From positions 1,668-65,667 of the forward strand of contig JBEKKN010000003.1 of NCBI GenBank assembly GCA_050010675.1: a DNA stretch of 64,000 nucleotides. Direction: 5' to 3'. The position numbers were made by a program, and so were the translations under genes. The notes beneath the pieces are model-generated. The model saw only the letters and a list, made by a program, of their open reading frames with translations. It did not search any database and had not been told where the DNA came from. Positions 8,026 through 17,171 of this stretch are shown in pieces (the stretch's first letter is position 1; each line of letters starts with the position of its first letter). The stretch comes from Verrucomicrobiota bacterium (GTDB taxonomy: Bacteria; Verrucomicrobiota; Verrucomicrobiia; Limisphaerales; UBA11358).

Positions 8026-8382
8026 ATGAAAATGAACTCCGTCGTGAAAGGTTTCCTGCCGGTCGTTTTATTTCTGGCCATCACCTTCATCACCGGCTGT
8101 GCGACGGCCCCGCCGGTCGATTGGAACAGCCGCGTCGGACATTTCACCTACGCGCAGGCCCTCAATGAACTTGGCCCTCCGAACCGGCAGGTCCGGCTCA
8201 GCAGCGGGGCCACGGAGTTCAAATGGTTCCTTCAGCCCTATGGCGTCACCGGCGTCCCGAACAACGGCATGAACAACGGCTTTGGGGTGGGTCAAAATAT
8301 CAGTCCCGGCTTCAACGACCGCTATCTGCAACTAACGTTCGATGCCAAGGGACTGCTGACCGACTGGTCGAAAAGTTACTGA
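8026..8382 (+). CDS. Hypothetical lipoprotein
   Basis: 118 aa, with a signal peptide and lipobox (AITFITGC). No family recognised. Confidence 0.55.
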   Translation: MKMNSVVKGFLPVVLFLAITFITGCATAPPVDWNSRVGHFTYAQALNELGPPNRQVRLSSGATEFKWFLQPYGVTGVPNNGMNNGFGVGQNISPGFNDRYLQLTFDAKGLLTDWSKSY

Positions 8383-8384
8383 AT

Positions 8385-9662
8385 TCAGTTCAACGCCACA
8401 CCGCGCCGGATGTAGGTCGGGATATCGAGGTCTTCACCCTTGTGAATGGTTGGCTCACTTTTGTCGAACCGGCCTTTGGAAATAATCGCCAGCGGCAGCT
8501 GGGCCTGACGCATTCGGGAAGCCGCTTTTCGACCGCGGCCACTACTCGGCCGGGTCAGTCCTTGTTCCCGCTGCTCCAGTGGCGAAGCCGGGGGAACGCA
8601 GCGGGACGTGGACCACGCGGAACCGCGTACCGCCGACGGTTCCGTCGTGTCGGCGGGTGACGCCGGCAATTCCGCGGGCGGCGCGGTGCTGTTTTGTTTC
8701 GCCGCGATCACGGTGACCGAGAGACGGGCTTTCATCGTTTCGTCCACGGTCGCGCCCATGATGACCTGCGCCCGTTCGCAATGCCGGCCGATTTGTTCCA
8801 TCACGCGGCCGACTTCGTTCATCGTCAGATCCTTGCCTCCCATGATGCTCACCAGCACCGCGTCGGATTCCCCGAGCGCGCGGCCCTCATCGAGCAGCGG
8901 ATGGTTGAGGAGTTTTTCCACGACCTCGCGCGAGCGCGCGGGGCCCGAGGCCTCGACGGAGGCAAACGCGCTTTCGGAATGGCGGTCGCGCACCAGCGCG
9001 CAGAGATCGTCAAAGTGAATCTGGATCAAGCCCGGCCGCGTCAGCAACCGCCAGACGCCGCGCACGCCCTCGACCAGCAGCTCGCCGGTGATGCGGAAGG
9101 TGTCGAGCACGCTCGTATTTTCGTCAATCAACTTGAAGGTTTTCTGGCACGGAAGGCAAATCACGCCGTCGGCGACGGATTTGAGCTGCTCCAGACTTTG
9201 CCGTGCCTGTTGCTGTCGCCGGTTGCCTTCGCACGCGAACGGCAGCGTCACAAACGCCAGCACCAGCGCCCCGGTTTCCTTCGCCGCCCGCGCGAGCACG
9301 GGAGTGATGCCGCTGCCGGCGCCTCCGCCCAGGCCGGCAACAATAAAAATCACGTCCGTGCCTTCACACGCGGTTTTGAGCGTGGCGAATTGTTCCTCGG
9401 CAATCGCGCGGCCGCGTTCGGGGTCGCCGCCGGTGCCCAGACCGCGCAACAACCGGGTTTCGAGATGAATTTTCAGGGCGGCGGACGAAGCCGCCAGCGA
9501 CGCCGCATCCGTGTTGACCGCCACGAAACCAGCCCCGGCGAAATCCTCGCCATTGACGGCGTCCAGCAGGCGGACGCCCGCGCCGCCGACACCAAATATT
9601 TTGGCGGCGGGCAGTTTGGCCGGCGGGAACATGGCTGCGGAGGTTTCCGTTTTGGTTTTCAT
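8385..9662 (-). CDS. ftsZ: Cell division protein FtsZ
   Basis: Contains KIFGVGGAGVRLLD, a tubulin-signature variant GLGGGAGSG, a long disordered linker, and the conserved C-terminal peptide DLDIPTYIRRG. It is the last gene of the dcw cluster. Confidence 0.95.
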   Translation of the reverse strand: MKTKTETSAAMFPPAKLPAAKIFGVGGAGVRLLDAVNGEDFAGAGFVAVNTDAASLAASSAALKIHLETRLLRGLGTGGDPERGRAIAEEQFATLKTACEGTDVIFIVAGLGGGAGSGITPVLARAAKETGALVLAFVTLPFACEGNRRQQQARQSLEQLKSVADGVICLPCQKTFKLIDENTSVLDTFRITGELLVEGVRGVWRLLTRPGLIQIHFDDLCALVRDRHSESAFASVEASGPARSREVVEKLLNHPLLDEGRALGESDAVLVSIMGGKDLTMNEVGRVMEQIGRHCERAQVIMGATVDETMKARLSVTVIAAKQNSTAPPAELPASPADTTEPSAVRGSAWSTSRCVPPASPLEQREQGLTRPSSGRGRKAASRMRQAQLPLAIISKGRFDKSEPTIHKGEDLDIPTYIRRGVALN

Positions 9663-9673
9663 GAGGGCGGGAT

Positions 9674-10888
9674 TTAAGGTCGTGGCAAAAATTTACCGAT
9701 GACATGTTTCAGGCCCCACGGTTTGCCTTCCCGTTTGCGGGTCTTGAACGAGCCGAACTTCACGAGGCCGATGGCCGTGACGAACTCCGGCTGGTCGAGC
9801 GCGGATTTGAGGCCGCTGACAGAATTGGTCTGGCCGATGGAAACCGGCAATTGCAGGACCTGCTCCGCGAGCCGGGCAATGTGCGGCACGCGCACGCCGC
9901 CGCCACAGAGAAATACACCCGCGCGCAAATAATCAAACAGCCCAGCCTGTTCCAAATCCTGCGCCACCAACTGAAAGATTTCCTCAAACCGCAGCGACAT
10001 GATGCGCTGCAAGTGCTCGACGTTGACCGTTTTGAGCGGCAGACCGAGCTCATTGGTGATGGTGACGGCCTGACCCTTGATTTTCTCGTCCAGCAACGCG
10101 GAACCATGTTCCAGCTTGAGTTTTTCCGCGCGGCTCAACGGCACCTTCAAGCCATAAGCCAGATCATTGGAAACATGGTCGCCGCCGACCGCCAGCACGC
10201 CGGTGTGCCGGATGACGCCTCCGGCGTAGACGACGTAATCGGTTGTGCCACCACCGATGTCAATGACCAGCGCGCCCAGTTCCTTCTGTTCACCCGTCAG
10301 CAACGCGAGCGACGAGGCAAGGCCGTTGAACACAATTTCGTCCACTTCCAATTGCAAACCCTTCACCAGCCGGATGGCGTTTTGCAGGCGATTGGTGTTG
10401 CCATGAACGACATGGACATCCACCTCCAGGCGCGAGCCGAGCATCCCGACCGGGTTCGTCACGCCGTCCTGGCCGTCCACGAAAAAATGCTGGCGGATGG
10501 CATGAACGACGTTGTTCTCCGTGGGTAAGTTGATTGCCTTCGCATTTTTAATGACGTCCTGCACGTCGTCCTCGGAAATTTCGCGGTCGGCGGAAACCAC
10601 CGGATGCACGCCGCGATTGTTGAAGCCGCGGATGTGTCCGCCGGTCACCCCGAGGTACACGTTGCGAATCTCCACATCGGCCATCTGCTCAGCCTCGACG
10701 ATGGCGTTGCGTACGTCCTCCTCGGCCTGGGTCGTATCGGCGACCTCGCCCTTGCGCACGCCACGCGAGCGGGCCTGGCCCAGACCAATGATGTTCAGCG
10801 CGCCATCGGCTCCCTGTTCGCCGATGACGGCGCAAACCTTGGACGTGCCGATTTCCAAACCGACAATGATGGATGAATCATCAAACAT
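9674..10888 (-). CDS. ftsA: Cell division protein FtsA
   Basis: Actin-fold motifs VGLEIGTSKVCAV and DIGGGTTDYV. ATG at 10888 is preceded by GGAGG with a 4-nt spacer and overlaps the ftsQ stop region. Confidence 0.9.
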   Translation of the reverse strand: MFDDSSIIVGLEIGTSKVCAVIGEQGADGALNIIGLGQARSRGVRKGEVADTTQAEEDVRNAIVEAEQMADVEIRNVYLGVTGGHIRGFNNRGVHPVVSADREISEDDVQDVIKNAKAINLPTENNVVHAIRQHFFVDGQDGVTNPVGMLGSRLEVDVHVVHGNTNRLQNAIRLVKGLQLEVDEIVFNGLASSLALLTGEQKELGALVIDIGGGTTDYVVYAGGVIRHTGVLAVGGDHVSNDLAYGLKVPLSRAEKLKLEHGSALLDEKIKGQAVTITNELGLPLKTVNVEHLQRIMSLRFEEIFQLVAQDLEQAGLFDYLRAGVFLCGGGVRVPHIARLAEQVLQLPVSIGQTNSVSGLKSALDQPEFVTAIGLVKFGSFKTRKREGKPWGLKHVIGKFLPRP

Positions 10889-11840
10889 TTTTCCTCCGGA
10901 GGGGTGGTGGGTTGTCCTGCCTCGACGAAGCGCCCGGCACGGCGACGGCTTCCATCCAACGAACCGGCACGTTGTTGGAAACCGCCAGATTGAGCGCGGC
11001 AATCGCCTTGTTCATGCGTTGTCCCAAATCGTAAATCTCGCGCCAGCGTTGCAGCTGTTGGTCCAGGTTGTCGAGACCAAAAGTAATTTCGCCACCCTGC
11101 ATCGTGGTCGCCACGATGACGCCCGGCGCCGACACGTCAATGCGCCGCAGACCCACCAACCCCGCCATCGCGGAATGGTTGAACGCGCCGATCAACTGCA
11201 ACGCGGCGGACACCTGCGGCGACTCGACGCGTTGGCCGGGCTGCAATTGAAACACATTCAAGCCCGCAATCACCGGCAACTGGTCCCGGACCTGCGCCAG
11301 GGGAATCAGGCACAGCCGGGGATCGAGCGGTTGCATGACATAGCCATCCGCGTCGAGCTGAAACACCTTCACCACGATGCCGCCCGCCGCGCCGGCGCGC
11401 GGCACATCCACCTGCGCCACCGGCCGGCGCTCCCTCACCCGGATCTGCAACGTACCGGGCAGTACGCGCTCAACGGAAACGGAACCCACCGTTGAAACCA
11501 GCTCCAGATTCCGTTTCACCGAGCCCAAATCCAACGCCATCAGATTGGCGCCGGGCTTCACGCCGGACCACCGGCGCAACTGGTCGGGCACGATCACGCC
11601 ATCCGTCTGCACGTCGATGCGTCGGATGGCAAACTCGGAATTTTCATACACGAAGGTATCGAGCGCCCATACGCCCACGCGCCAGAACAAAAAAAGCCCA
11701 AACACCGTGCCAAAGGTGACGGCCAGGGCCACGGCCCCGAGGCGCAGGCGCGTCGCCCGCACCTGACGTGAACGCAGCTTCACGTCGAGCACGTGCCGGT
11801 GGCTCAATCGCCGGTTTTTTTGTTCGCGTCTAAACCACAT
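10881..11840 (-). CDS. ftsQ: Cell division protein FtsQ (POTRA domain)
   Basis: Basic N-terminus, a single TM (LGAVALAVTFGTVFGLFLFW), then a periplasmic domain. Position between ddl and ftsA. Confidence 0.8.
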   Translation of the reverse strand: MWFRREQKNRRLSHRHVLDVKLRSRQVRATRLRLGAVALAVTFGTVFGLFLFWRVGVWALDTFVYENSEFAIRRIDVQTDGVIVPDQLRRWSGVKPGANLMALDLGSVKRNLELVSTVGSVSVERVLPGTLQIRVRERRPVAQVDVPRAGAAGGIVVKVFQLDADGYVMQPLDPRLCLIPLAQVRDQLPVIAGLNVFQLQPGQRVESPQVSAALQLIGAFNHSAMAGLVGLRRIDVSAPGVIVATTMQGGEITFGLDNLDQQLQRWREIYDLGQRMNKAIAALNLAVSNNVPVRWMEAVAVPGASSRQDNPPPLRRKNV

Positions 11841-11879
11841 GGTTCAATTCAATATTCAAAAGGAAAAATTAAAAACCGC

Positions 11880-12827
11880 CTACCCAACCGACGCCGGCAC
11901 GATTGCATTTTTAATTTTATATTTTTCATTTCTTTGCAAGGCCAGGTCCACCATGCGCTGGCAAAGTTGCGCGTAATCCAACCCCGCCGCCGCCGCCGCC
12001 TTCGGCAATAAACTGGTTTCCGTCATGCCCGGCAGCGTGTTGACCTCCAGCACCACCGGTTCGCCGTCCGCACGCAGCATCACGTCCACGCGCGCGTAAT
12101 CCCGCCCGCCAACGGCCTGGAACGCACCCAGCGCCGCGTCCTGAATCCGCCGGGTCGTCGCCGCATCCAATGGCGCGGGGCAAAAATACTCCGTGCAACC
12201 GGCCGTATATTTGTTGCGATAATCGTAACTGCCGACCTTGGGCCGCACTTCCACCACCGGCAGCGGCCGGCCACCCAGAATACCGACCGTGGTTTCGCGG
12301 CCAATGATTTTTTCCTCGACCAGGACCTCCGAATCAAATTTCAAGGCTTCCGCCAGCGCCGGTTGCCAGTCTTCCACGCGCTCGACAAATTGTAATCCGA
12401 CGCTGGAACCCTGTCGCACCGGTTTCACCACCAACGGCGGCGACCAATCCTTCGGCCAGGGGGTTTCCGCCGAATTCACCACCAAAAACTTCGCCGTGGG
12501 AATTCCGGCTTGGATACAGCACTGCTTGGTCAGCACCTTATCGAAGGCAATCCGGCTCGCCCCGGCCTCGCAACCGGTGTAAACCGCGCCGAGTTCATCC
12601 AGGCGGCGTTGCACCGTGCCGTCCTCGCCGTAGGAGCCGTGCAACACCAGAAAGACCACGTCCGTCTCTCCCGGTAAAACCCATGCCGCATCGCCCGGAT
12701 CCAGTTCCCGGACCTCGTGGCCAAGCGAGCGCAACGCCTTGGCGACCGCCGCCCCGGAACGCAGGGACACTTCGCGTTCCGCGCTCGGACCGCCCAACAT
12801 CACCGTGATGTTCAATTTTGGATTCAT
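11880..12827 (-). CDS. ddl: D-alanine--D-alanine ligase
   Basis: ATP-grasp Ddl layout (GGPSAEREVSLRSG, HGSYGEDGTVQ, EVNTLPGMT). The ATG overlaps the murB stop (ATGA). Confidence 0.9.
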   Translation of the reverse strand: MNPKLNITVMLGGPSAEREVSLRSGAAVAKALRSLGHEVRELDPGDAAWVLPGETDVVFLVLHGSYGEDGTVQRRLDELGAVYTGCEAGASRIAFDKVLTKQCCIQAGIPTAKFLVVNSAETPWPKDWSPPLVVKPVRQGSSVGLQFVERVEDWQPALAEALKFDSEVLVEEKIIGRETTVGILGGRPLPVVEVRPKVGSYDYRNKYTAGCTEYFCPAPLDAATTRRIQDAALGAFQAVGGRDYARVDVMLRADGEPVVLEVNTLPGMTETSLLPKAAAAAGLDYAQLCQRMVDLALQRNEKYKIKNAIVPASVG

Positions 12828-13774
12828 CCTTCGCCGATGATCTCAACTTCCGTCTGCAATTCAATTCCGCGCCCGGCTTTCGCGCGTTGTTGGAGCAGGT
12901 CAATCAACTCCAGAACATCGCGCGCCGTCGCCGTGCCATTGTTCACAATGTAATTGCCATGTTCGGCGGAAACCATCGCGCCCCCGACGCGCGCCCCCTT
13001 CAAACCGAGCTCATCCACCAGTTTTCCCGCCGGAATCCGGTCGGGATTCTTGAACATGCAACCGGCGCTGGGGGCGGCCGGCTGCGATGCCCAGCGCTTT
13101 TCGCTGAAGGCCTTCATGCGGGCTTCAATTTCTCCGCGCGGCGCCGGTTTGCCTTTGAACAAGGCGTCCAGGGCGACGTGACCTTCCAACGTGGCGCACC
13201 GGCGATATTCAACCGCCATGGCCTTCGGCGCGAGTTCCCGGACGTTGCCGTGAAAATCCATGAGGCGGACGGATTCGACCACGTCGAAGGTCTGGCCACC
13301 CATCGCGCCCGCGTTCATCCGCAACGCGCCACCGACGCTCCCCGGAATGCCCTCCAAAAATTCCAGGCCACTCAGACCACTTCGCTTCGCCTCCACCGCG
13401 ACGTTTTTCAATTTCGCGCCCGCGCCACAGCGCAGACGCTCGGCCGCCACCTCAATCCGGCTGAAGCTCGCATGTCTCAGGCAAATCACCACTCCACGAA
13501 AACCGCCATCGCGCACGATCAGGTTCGAACCGCGGCCCATCACAAAGAACGGCACGCCGCGCGCGGAGCAATATTTCACGATGGCGGCCAAATCCGCTTC
13601 CAATGCCGGCTCCACCAACACGTCCGCCGGACCGCCGACGCGCAGCGTGGTGTATTTGGCCAGCGGTTCGGCGCAGCGGATGACGGTCGCGGGTGTAACG
13701 CACCCGCCGAGTTGACCGGCAATTTGTCGAGCAGACGTCATCGGTGGTTCCAACATGCAGGTTGTCGTTGTCAT
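12824..13774 (-). CDS. murB: UDP-N-acetylenolpyruvoylglucosamine reductase
   Basis: Contains YTTLRVGGPADV, GRGSNLIVRDGG and a MurB C-terminal domain. Start set at ATG 13774, which overlaps the murG stop (ATGA); the upstream extension of the ORF is not MurB-like. Confidence 0.9.
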   Translation of the reverse strand: MTTTTCMLEPPMTSARQIAGQLGGCVTPATVIRCAEPLAKYTTLRVGGPADVLVEPALEADLAAIVKYCSARGVPFFVMGRGSNLIVRDGGFRGVVICLRHASFSRIEVAAERLRCGAGAKLKNVAVEAKRSGLSGLEFLEGIPGSVGGALRMNAGAMGGQTFDVVESVRLMDFHGNVRELAPKAMAVEYRRCATLEGHVALDALFKGKPAPRGEIEARMKAFSEKRWASQPAAPSAGCMFKNPDRIPAGKLVDELGLKGARVGGAMVSAEHGNYIVNNGTATARDVLELIDLLQQRAKAGRGIELQTEVEIIGEG

Positions 13775-14949
13775 GCCACAACCTTCAAATTCATTTCGCC
13801 GGGCCGGCCGGTTTTGTCCCCGTTCCGCCGGGCCAGACCGAACGGTTCCCCAATCGCTTTCAAAATGGTGCTGGCAATCTGCTCGGCGGCTTGCGGCGCG
13901 TGCCATTGCGCCAGCGCCGTTTGCATGGCCGCGCGGGTGGTCTCGTTTTCGACCAGTTCATCCAACATGGCCACCACGCCTGCCGGCGTCGCATTTTTTT
14001 GCTCGACCAGCCGGGCGGCGCCCGTGGTTTCGAACGCGCGCGCGTTATGGAATTGATGATTATCGGCCGCGGCGGGAAACGGCACGAGCAGTGATGGCAA
14101 CCGCATGGCCGCTATTTCGGCCAGCGAGGAAGCCCCGGCCCGGCTTACCGCGACTGCGGCCGCGCCCAGCGCCAGGTCCATTTCCGCGAGAAATGGACGA
14201 ACGACGGCCTTCAAGCCGAGTCGGGCATAGGTTTCCCCCACCTTTTCACAATGGCCCGCACCGGTGAGGTGCAGCCATTGCCAGGTGCCGGCGCGCCCGG
14301 CCAGCAAGGGCAAGGCGGCCAGGATGATTTCGTTGATACCGCTGGCGCCTTGGCTGCCACCCATCACCAGAATGACGGGCCGTTGCGGGTCCAGACCCAG
14401 CGCGGTGCGGCAGGTCGCGGCATCGCGCCGCTGGAATTGCGGGCGTACCGGCGTACCGGTGTGCGTAACTTTGCGCACGCGCAATCGCGAAGCGGTTTCG
14501 GGAAATCCCACAAACGCTTCGTCCACCCAGCGCGCGAGCAGACGATTGGCTCGTCCGGGGATGGTGTTCGATTCGTGCAGAAAGGTTTTCGCACCAAAAT
14601 CCTTTCCGACCCAGACCGGCGGCGCACCGGTAAATCCGCCCATGGTGAGCACGGCATCGGGTTTGCGCCGGCAAAAAGTTTTCCTCGCCGCAAACAGCGA
14701 TTTTACAAAGCTGCGGGCAAACGAAAAATAGTTTCGATTTTGCAACCCCACCGCCGGCAGCGTGACGACGGCCAGGTCGCCGGCCGACTTCACGGCCTGC
14801 TGGTCAACCTCCTTTGGGGAAACCAGGAGCATAACGGCGCAACCGCGCTGCGTCAGCTGCCCCGCGACGGCCAGACCCGGAAAGAGATGCCCGCCCGTGC
14901 CGCCGCACGCGATGGCGACGAAGGGCGTTTGGGCTCCAGACCGGGTCAT
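13771..14949 (-). CDS. murG: UDP-N-acetylglucosamine--N-acetylmuramyl-(pentapeptide) pyrophosphoryl-undecaprenol GlcNAc transferase
   Basis: Contains ACGGTGGHLFPGLAVA and GGSQGA motifs. ATG 14949 overlaps the ftsW stop (ATGA). Confidence 0.9.
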   Translation of the reverse strand: MTRSGAQTPFVAIACGGTGGHLFPGLAVAGQLTQRGCAVMLLVSPKEVDQQAVKSAGDLAVVTLPAVGLQNRNYFSFARSFVKSLFAARKTFCRRKPDAVLTMGGFTGAPPVWVGKDFGAKTFLHESNTIPGRANRLLARWVDEAFVGFPETASRLRVRKVTHTGTPVRPQFQRRDAATCRTALGLDPQRPVILVMGGSQGASGINEIILAALPLLAGRAGTWQWLHLTGAGHCEKVGETYARLGLKAVVRPFLAEMDLALGAAAVAVSRAGASSLAEIAAMRLPSLLVPFPAAADNHQFHNARAFETTGAARLVEQKNATPAGVVAMLDELVENETTRAAMQTALAQWHAPQAAEQIASTILKAIGEPFGLARRNGDKTGRPGEMNLKVVA

Positions 14950-16076
14950 GTGGATTGGGCGGAAGGAAGTTCGTCGGGTTCGATGGCGGTGGTGGGAACT
15001 TTTTCGCGCACCTGGGCGTGCCGCGCGATGCTGAACAGAATGCCCACACACGTCAACATGGCCATCAGGTTCGAGCCGCCGTAACTGATAAAGGGCAGCG
15101 GCAGGCCCTTGTTCGGCAGCGCGCTGGTGACCACACCAATGTTAATCGCCGCCTGCAGACCAATGAGCAGCGTGACGCCGGTCCCAAGCAACAAACCGAA
15201 CAAATCGCGCGCGTTAAGTGCGATATAAATTCCGCAAATCACAATGATGACAAAGGCCAGCAGGATAAACAGCGTGGATACCAGACCCAGTTCCTCGCCA
15301 ATGATGGAAAGAATGAAATCGGTGTGATCCTCCGGCACGAACCCGAGCTTTTGCCGTCCGTTGCCCAGGCCGAGGCCGGTCCAGCCGCCGGAACCGAGCG
15401 CAATCATGGCCTGATAGGCTTGATAACCGACACCGTCCTTGTGCTGTTCCAAATCCCACCAGCTGAAGACACGCTTCAGGCGCATGGGATCGAACAAAAT
15501 GGAGATCACCAGCGCAACGACCCCCAACGCGATGGGCGGGATGATGTATTTCCAGCGGGCACCTGCCAGCAGCAACATCGCGCCGCCAACGGCCGCCAGC
15601 AGAATGGTCGTGCCGCGGTCAGGTTCAACAAACACCAAACCGAGCACCAACGCGATGAAGACGCCGGGCAAGAGGACTCCGCGGCTCCAGGTATGCATGG
15701 ACCGCTGACTGTGGTGGCCATACCATGCGAGCAGGATGACCAGCGCGAGTTTGGCAAATTCCGAGGGCTGAAAGCGCATGCCGTTAAAATCGAACCAACG
15801 GCGCGCGCCATTGATCTTTCTGCCGATGTGGGGCACGAGCACCAGCACCAGCAAGGCCAGGGCCAGCAGAAAAATCGGCCAGGCGAATTTTCTGAGCAGG
15901 TGATAGTCGAGCGTGGTCGCGGCCACGCAGAGCACGAAACCAAACGCGCACCAGACGAGTTGCCACATCAGGTAGTGCGCGCCGACCTGGCTCATGCTTG
16001 AGCTGTAAAGCATCACCAGCCCCAGCGCCAGCAGGGCGGCAACGCAAAAAGCCAAGGTCGTAACGGCGAATTTCAC
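14946..16076 (-). CDS. ftsW: SEDS-family lipid II flippase/peptidoglycan polymerase FtsW
   Basis: 376-aa polytopic membrane protein with SEDS-type blocks (GARRWF, PSEFAKL, PEDHTDFI, GLPLPFISYGGS). Confidence 0.9.
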   Translation of the reverse strand: MKFAVTTLAFCVAALLALGLVMLYSSSMSQVGAHYLMWQLVWCAFGFVLCVAATTLDYHLLRKFAWPIFLLALALLVLVLVPHIGRKINGARRWFDFNGMRFQPSEFAKLALVILLAWYGHHSQRSMHTWSRGVLLPGVFIALVLGLVFVEPDRGTTILLAAVGGAMLLLAGARWKYIIPPIALGVVALVISILFDPMRLKRVFSWWDLEQHKDGVGYQAYQAMIALGSGGWTGLGLGNGRQKLGFVPEDHTDFILSIIGEELGLVSTLFILLAFVIIVICGIYIALNARDLFGLLLGTGVTLLIGLQAAINIGVVTSALPNKGLPLPFISYGGSNLMAMLTCVGILFSIARHAQVREKVPTTAIEPDELPSAQST

Positions 16077-16118
16077 CTCAACATTTCAAAAAATCCCCCG
16101 ACCGTGAATGAGTCTCCG

Positions 16119-16865
16119 CTATTGTGTATCCGAGTTATTATCCGGCGCGGGCGTCGTGCTCGCTGCCGGCGGGGCGGAAACCGGAGCCGGGGCGGCCTCG
16201 GGAGCCGGAGCCGCTTCGGTCTTCGCCGGTATCTTCAGTTTTTCCCCCACTTTGATGCGCGTGGTGGACAGGCCGTTTTCCGATTCAATCGCCTTAACGG
16301 TCACGCCGTTGCGTTTGGCGATTTTGGATAACGTGTCACCCGACTTGACGATATAAGTTTCCCCACCATTGTCCGTACCGGCCGAACCGGTCATATCGGT
16401 TGCCGACCCGGCAGCACTGGTCGCGCCCGGGATGGAAAGTTTTTGGCCCACTTTCAATTTGGCGGGATCAATATTGGGGTTGGCAGCTTCAATCGCCTTG
16501 ACCGTCACGCCATTCTTCTTGGCAATTTTCCAAAGCGAATCGCCCTTGATCACGACGTACTCCGACCCGGCGGCTTCCGGAGCAACCGGCGGCGGAGTCA
16601 TTGCCACTGGCGGCTGAACTGGTGGATTGGACGCCTCGACCGCGGGCGGAACATTGGTGTCCACTGCCGGCTGGTTGGTGTCAAGTGCCGGCGGCTGATT
16701 GTCCGCCTCCGTCTGCTCGCGCTTGCAACCCTGCATGAGCAGGGCCATAAGGCCGACGACGTTGACCGTCAGCACGCAGAACACGGCGAACTTTACCCGT
16801 GAACGGCGTTTGCTTTGTTGCTCCAGCAGGGAGCCTTGGGGTACGAATGGGTTGGGACTATTCAT
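16119..16865 (-). CDS. Membrane-anchored protein with two LysM domains
   Basis: One TM segment, a Pro-rich linker, and two LysM repeats (YVVIKGDSLWKIAKKNGVTVKAIEAANP..., YIVKSGDTLSKIAKRNGVTVKAIESENG...). Confidence 0.85.
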   Translation of the reverse strand: MNSPNPFVPQGSLLEQQSKRRSRVKFAVFCVLTVNVVGLMALLMQGCKREQTEADNQPPALDTNQPAVDTNVPPAVEASNPPVQPPVAMTPPPVAPEAAGSEYVVIKGDSLWKIAKKNGVTVKAIEAANPNIDPAKLKVGQKLSIPGATSAAGSATDMTGSAGTDNGGETYIVKSGDTLSKIAKRNGVTVKAIESENGLSTTRIKVGEKLKIPAKTEAAPAPEAAPAPVSAPPAASTTPAPDNNSDTQ

Positions 16866-17171
16866 TGATTTGGCGCTGATTGCGTCCTTTCGTGATGAGG
16901 TTGGTTTGTTGAGTTTCCTGCCCTGAGGTTTTCCCTCTCAAAACGTCATGGCATTTTAAAGTGTTATCGTTCATCAAGTTACGCTTGAAGCTGCAGCAAT
17001 GCAGGTCGCTCAAAACCGCGTGGGTCTCAAGCCTTCGGGTCGATAAAAGCACCTTTTGGGCCACCACGCGCCCCACCGCTGCTGGCAATGTTTTTAACAA
17101 CAGACGGCCCGTAACGCAAGGGGCAAAGCGATCTGAACAAAGTTTATTATTAGTCGATTTGAACATCAACT

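Noticed and set aside
9674-11002. Long N-terminal extensions in the ORF track: ftsA to 11002, murB to 13906, murG to 15051, CDGSH gene to 53780, queD to 3109, tyrA to 43293, and mraZ to 24101
   Set aside because: The extensions overlap the preceding gene or a repeat element and lack family-like sequence. Internal ATG/GTG codons give canonical N-termini and ATGA-type couplings. For mraZ, the extension would start inside the candidate operator.
12818-14056. 412-aa plus-strand ORF across murB/murG. The same applies to 20166..21605 (+) over ftsI, 40783..42081 (+) over aroA, 54813..56216 (+) over the beta-helix gene, 61526..62653 (-) over the aldo/keto reductase gene, 36711..37679 (-) over cysS, and 16858..18333 (-) over mraY.
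   Set aside because: All are antisense to, or out of frame with, genes that carry clear family motifs. All have Arg/His/Gly/Pro-rich low-information translations and no motifs. I treat them as GC-driven shadow ORFs.
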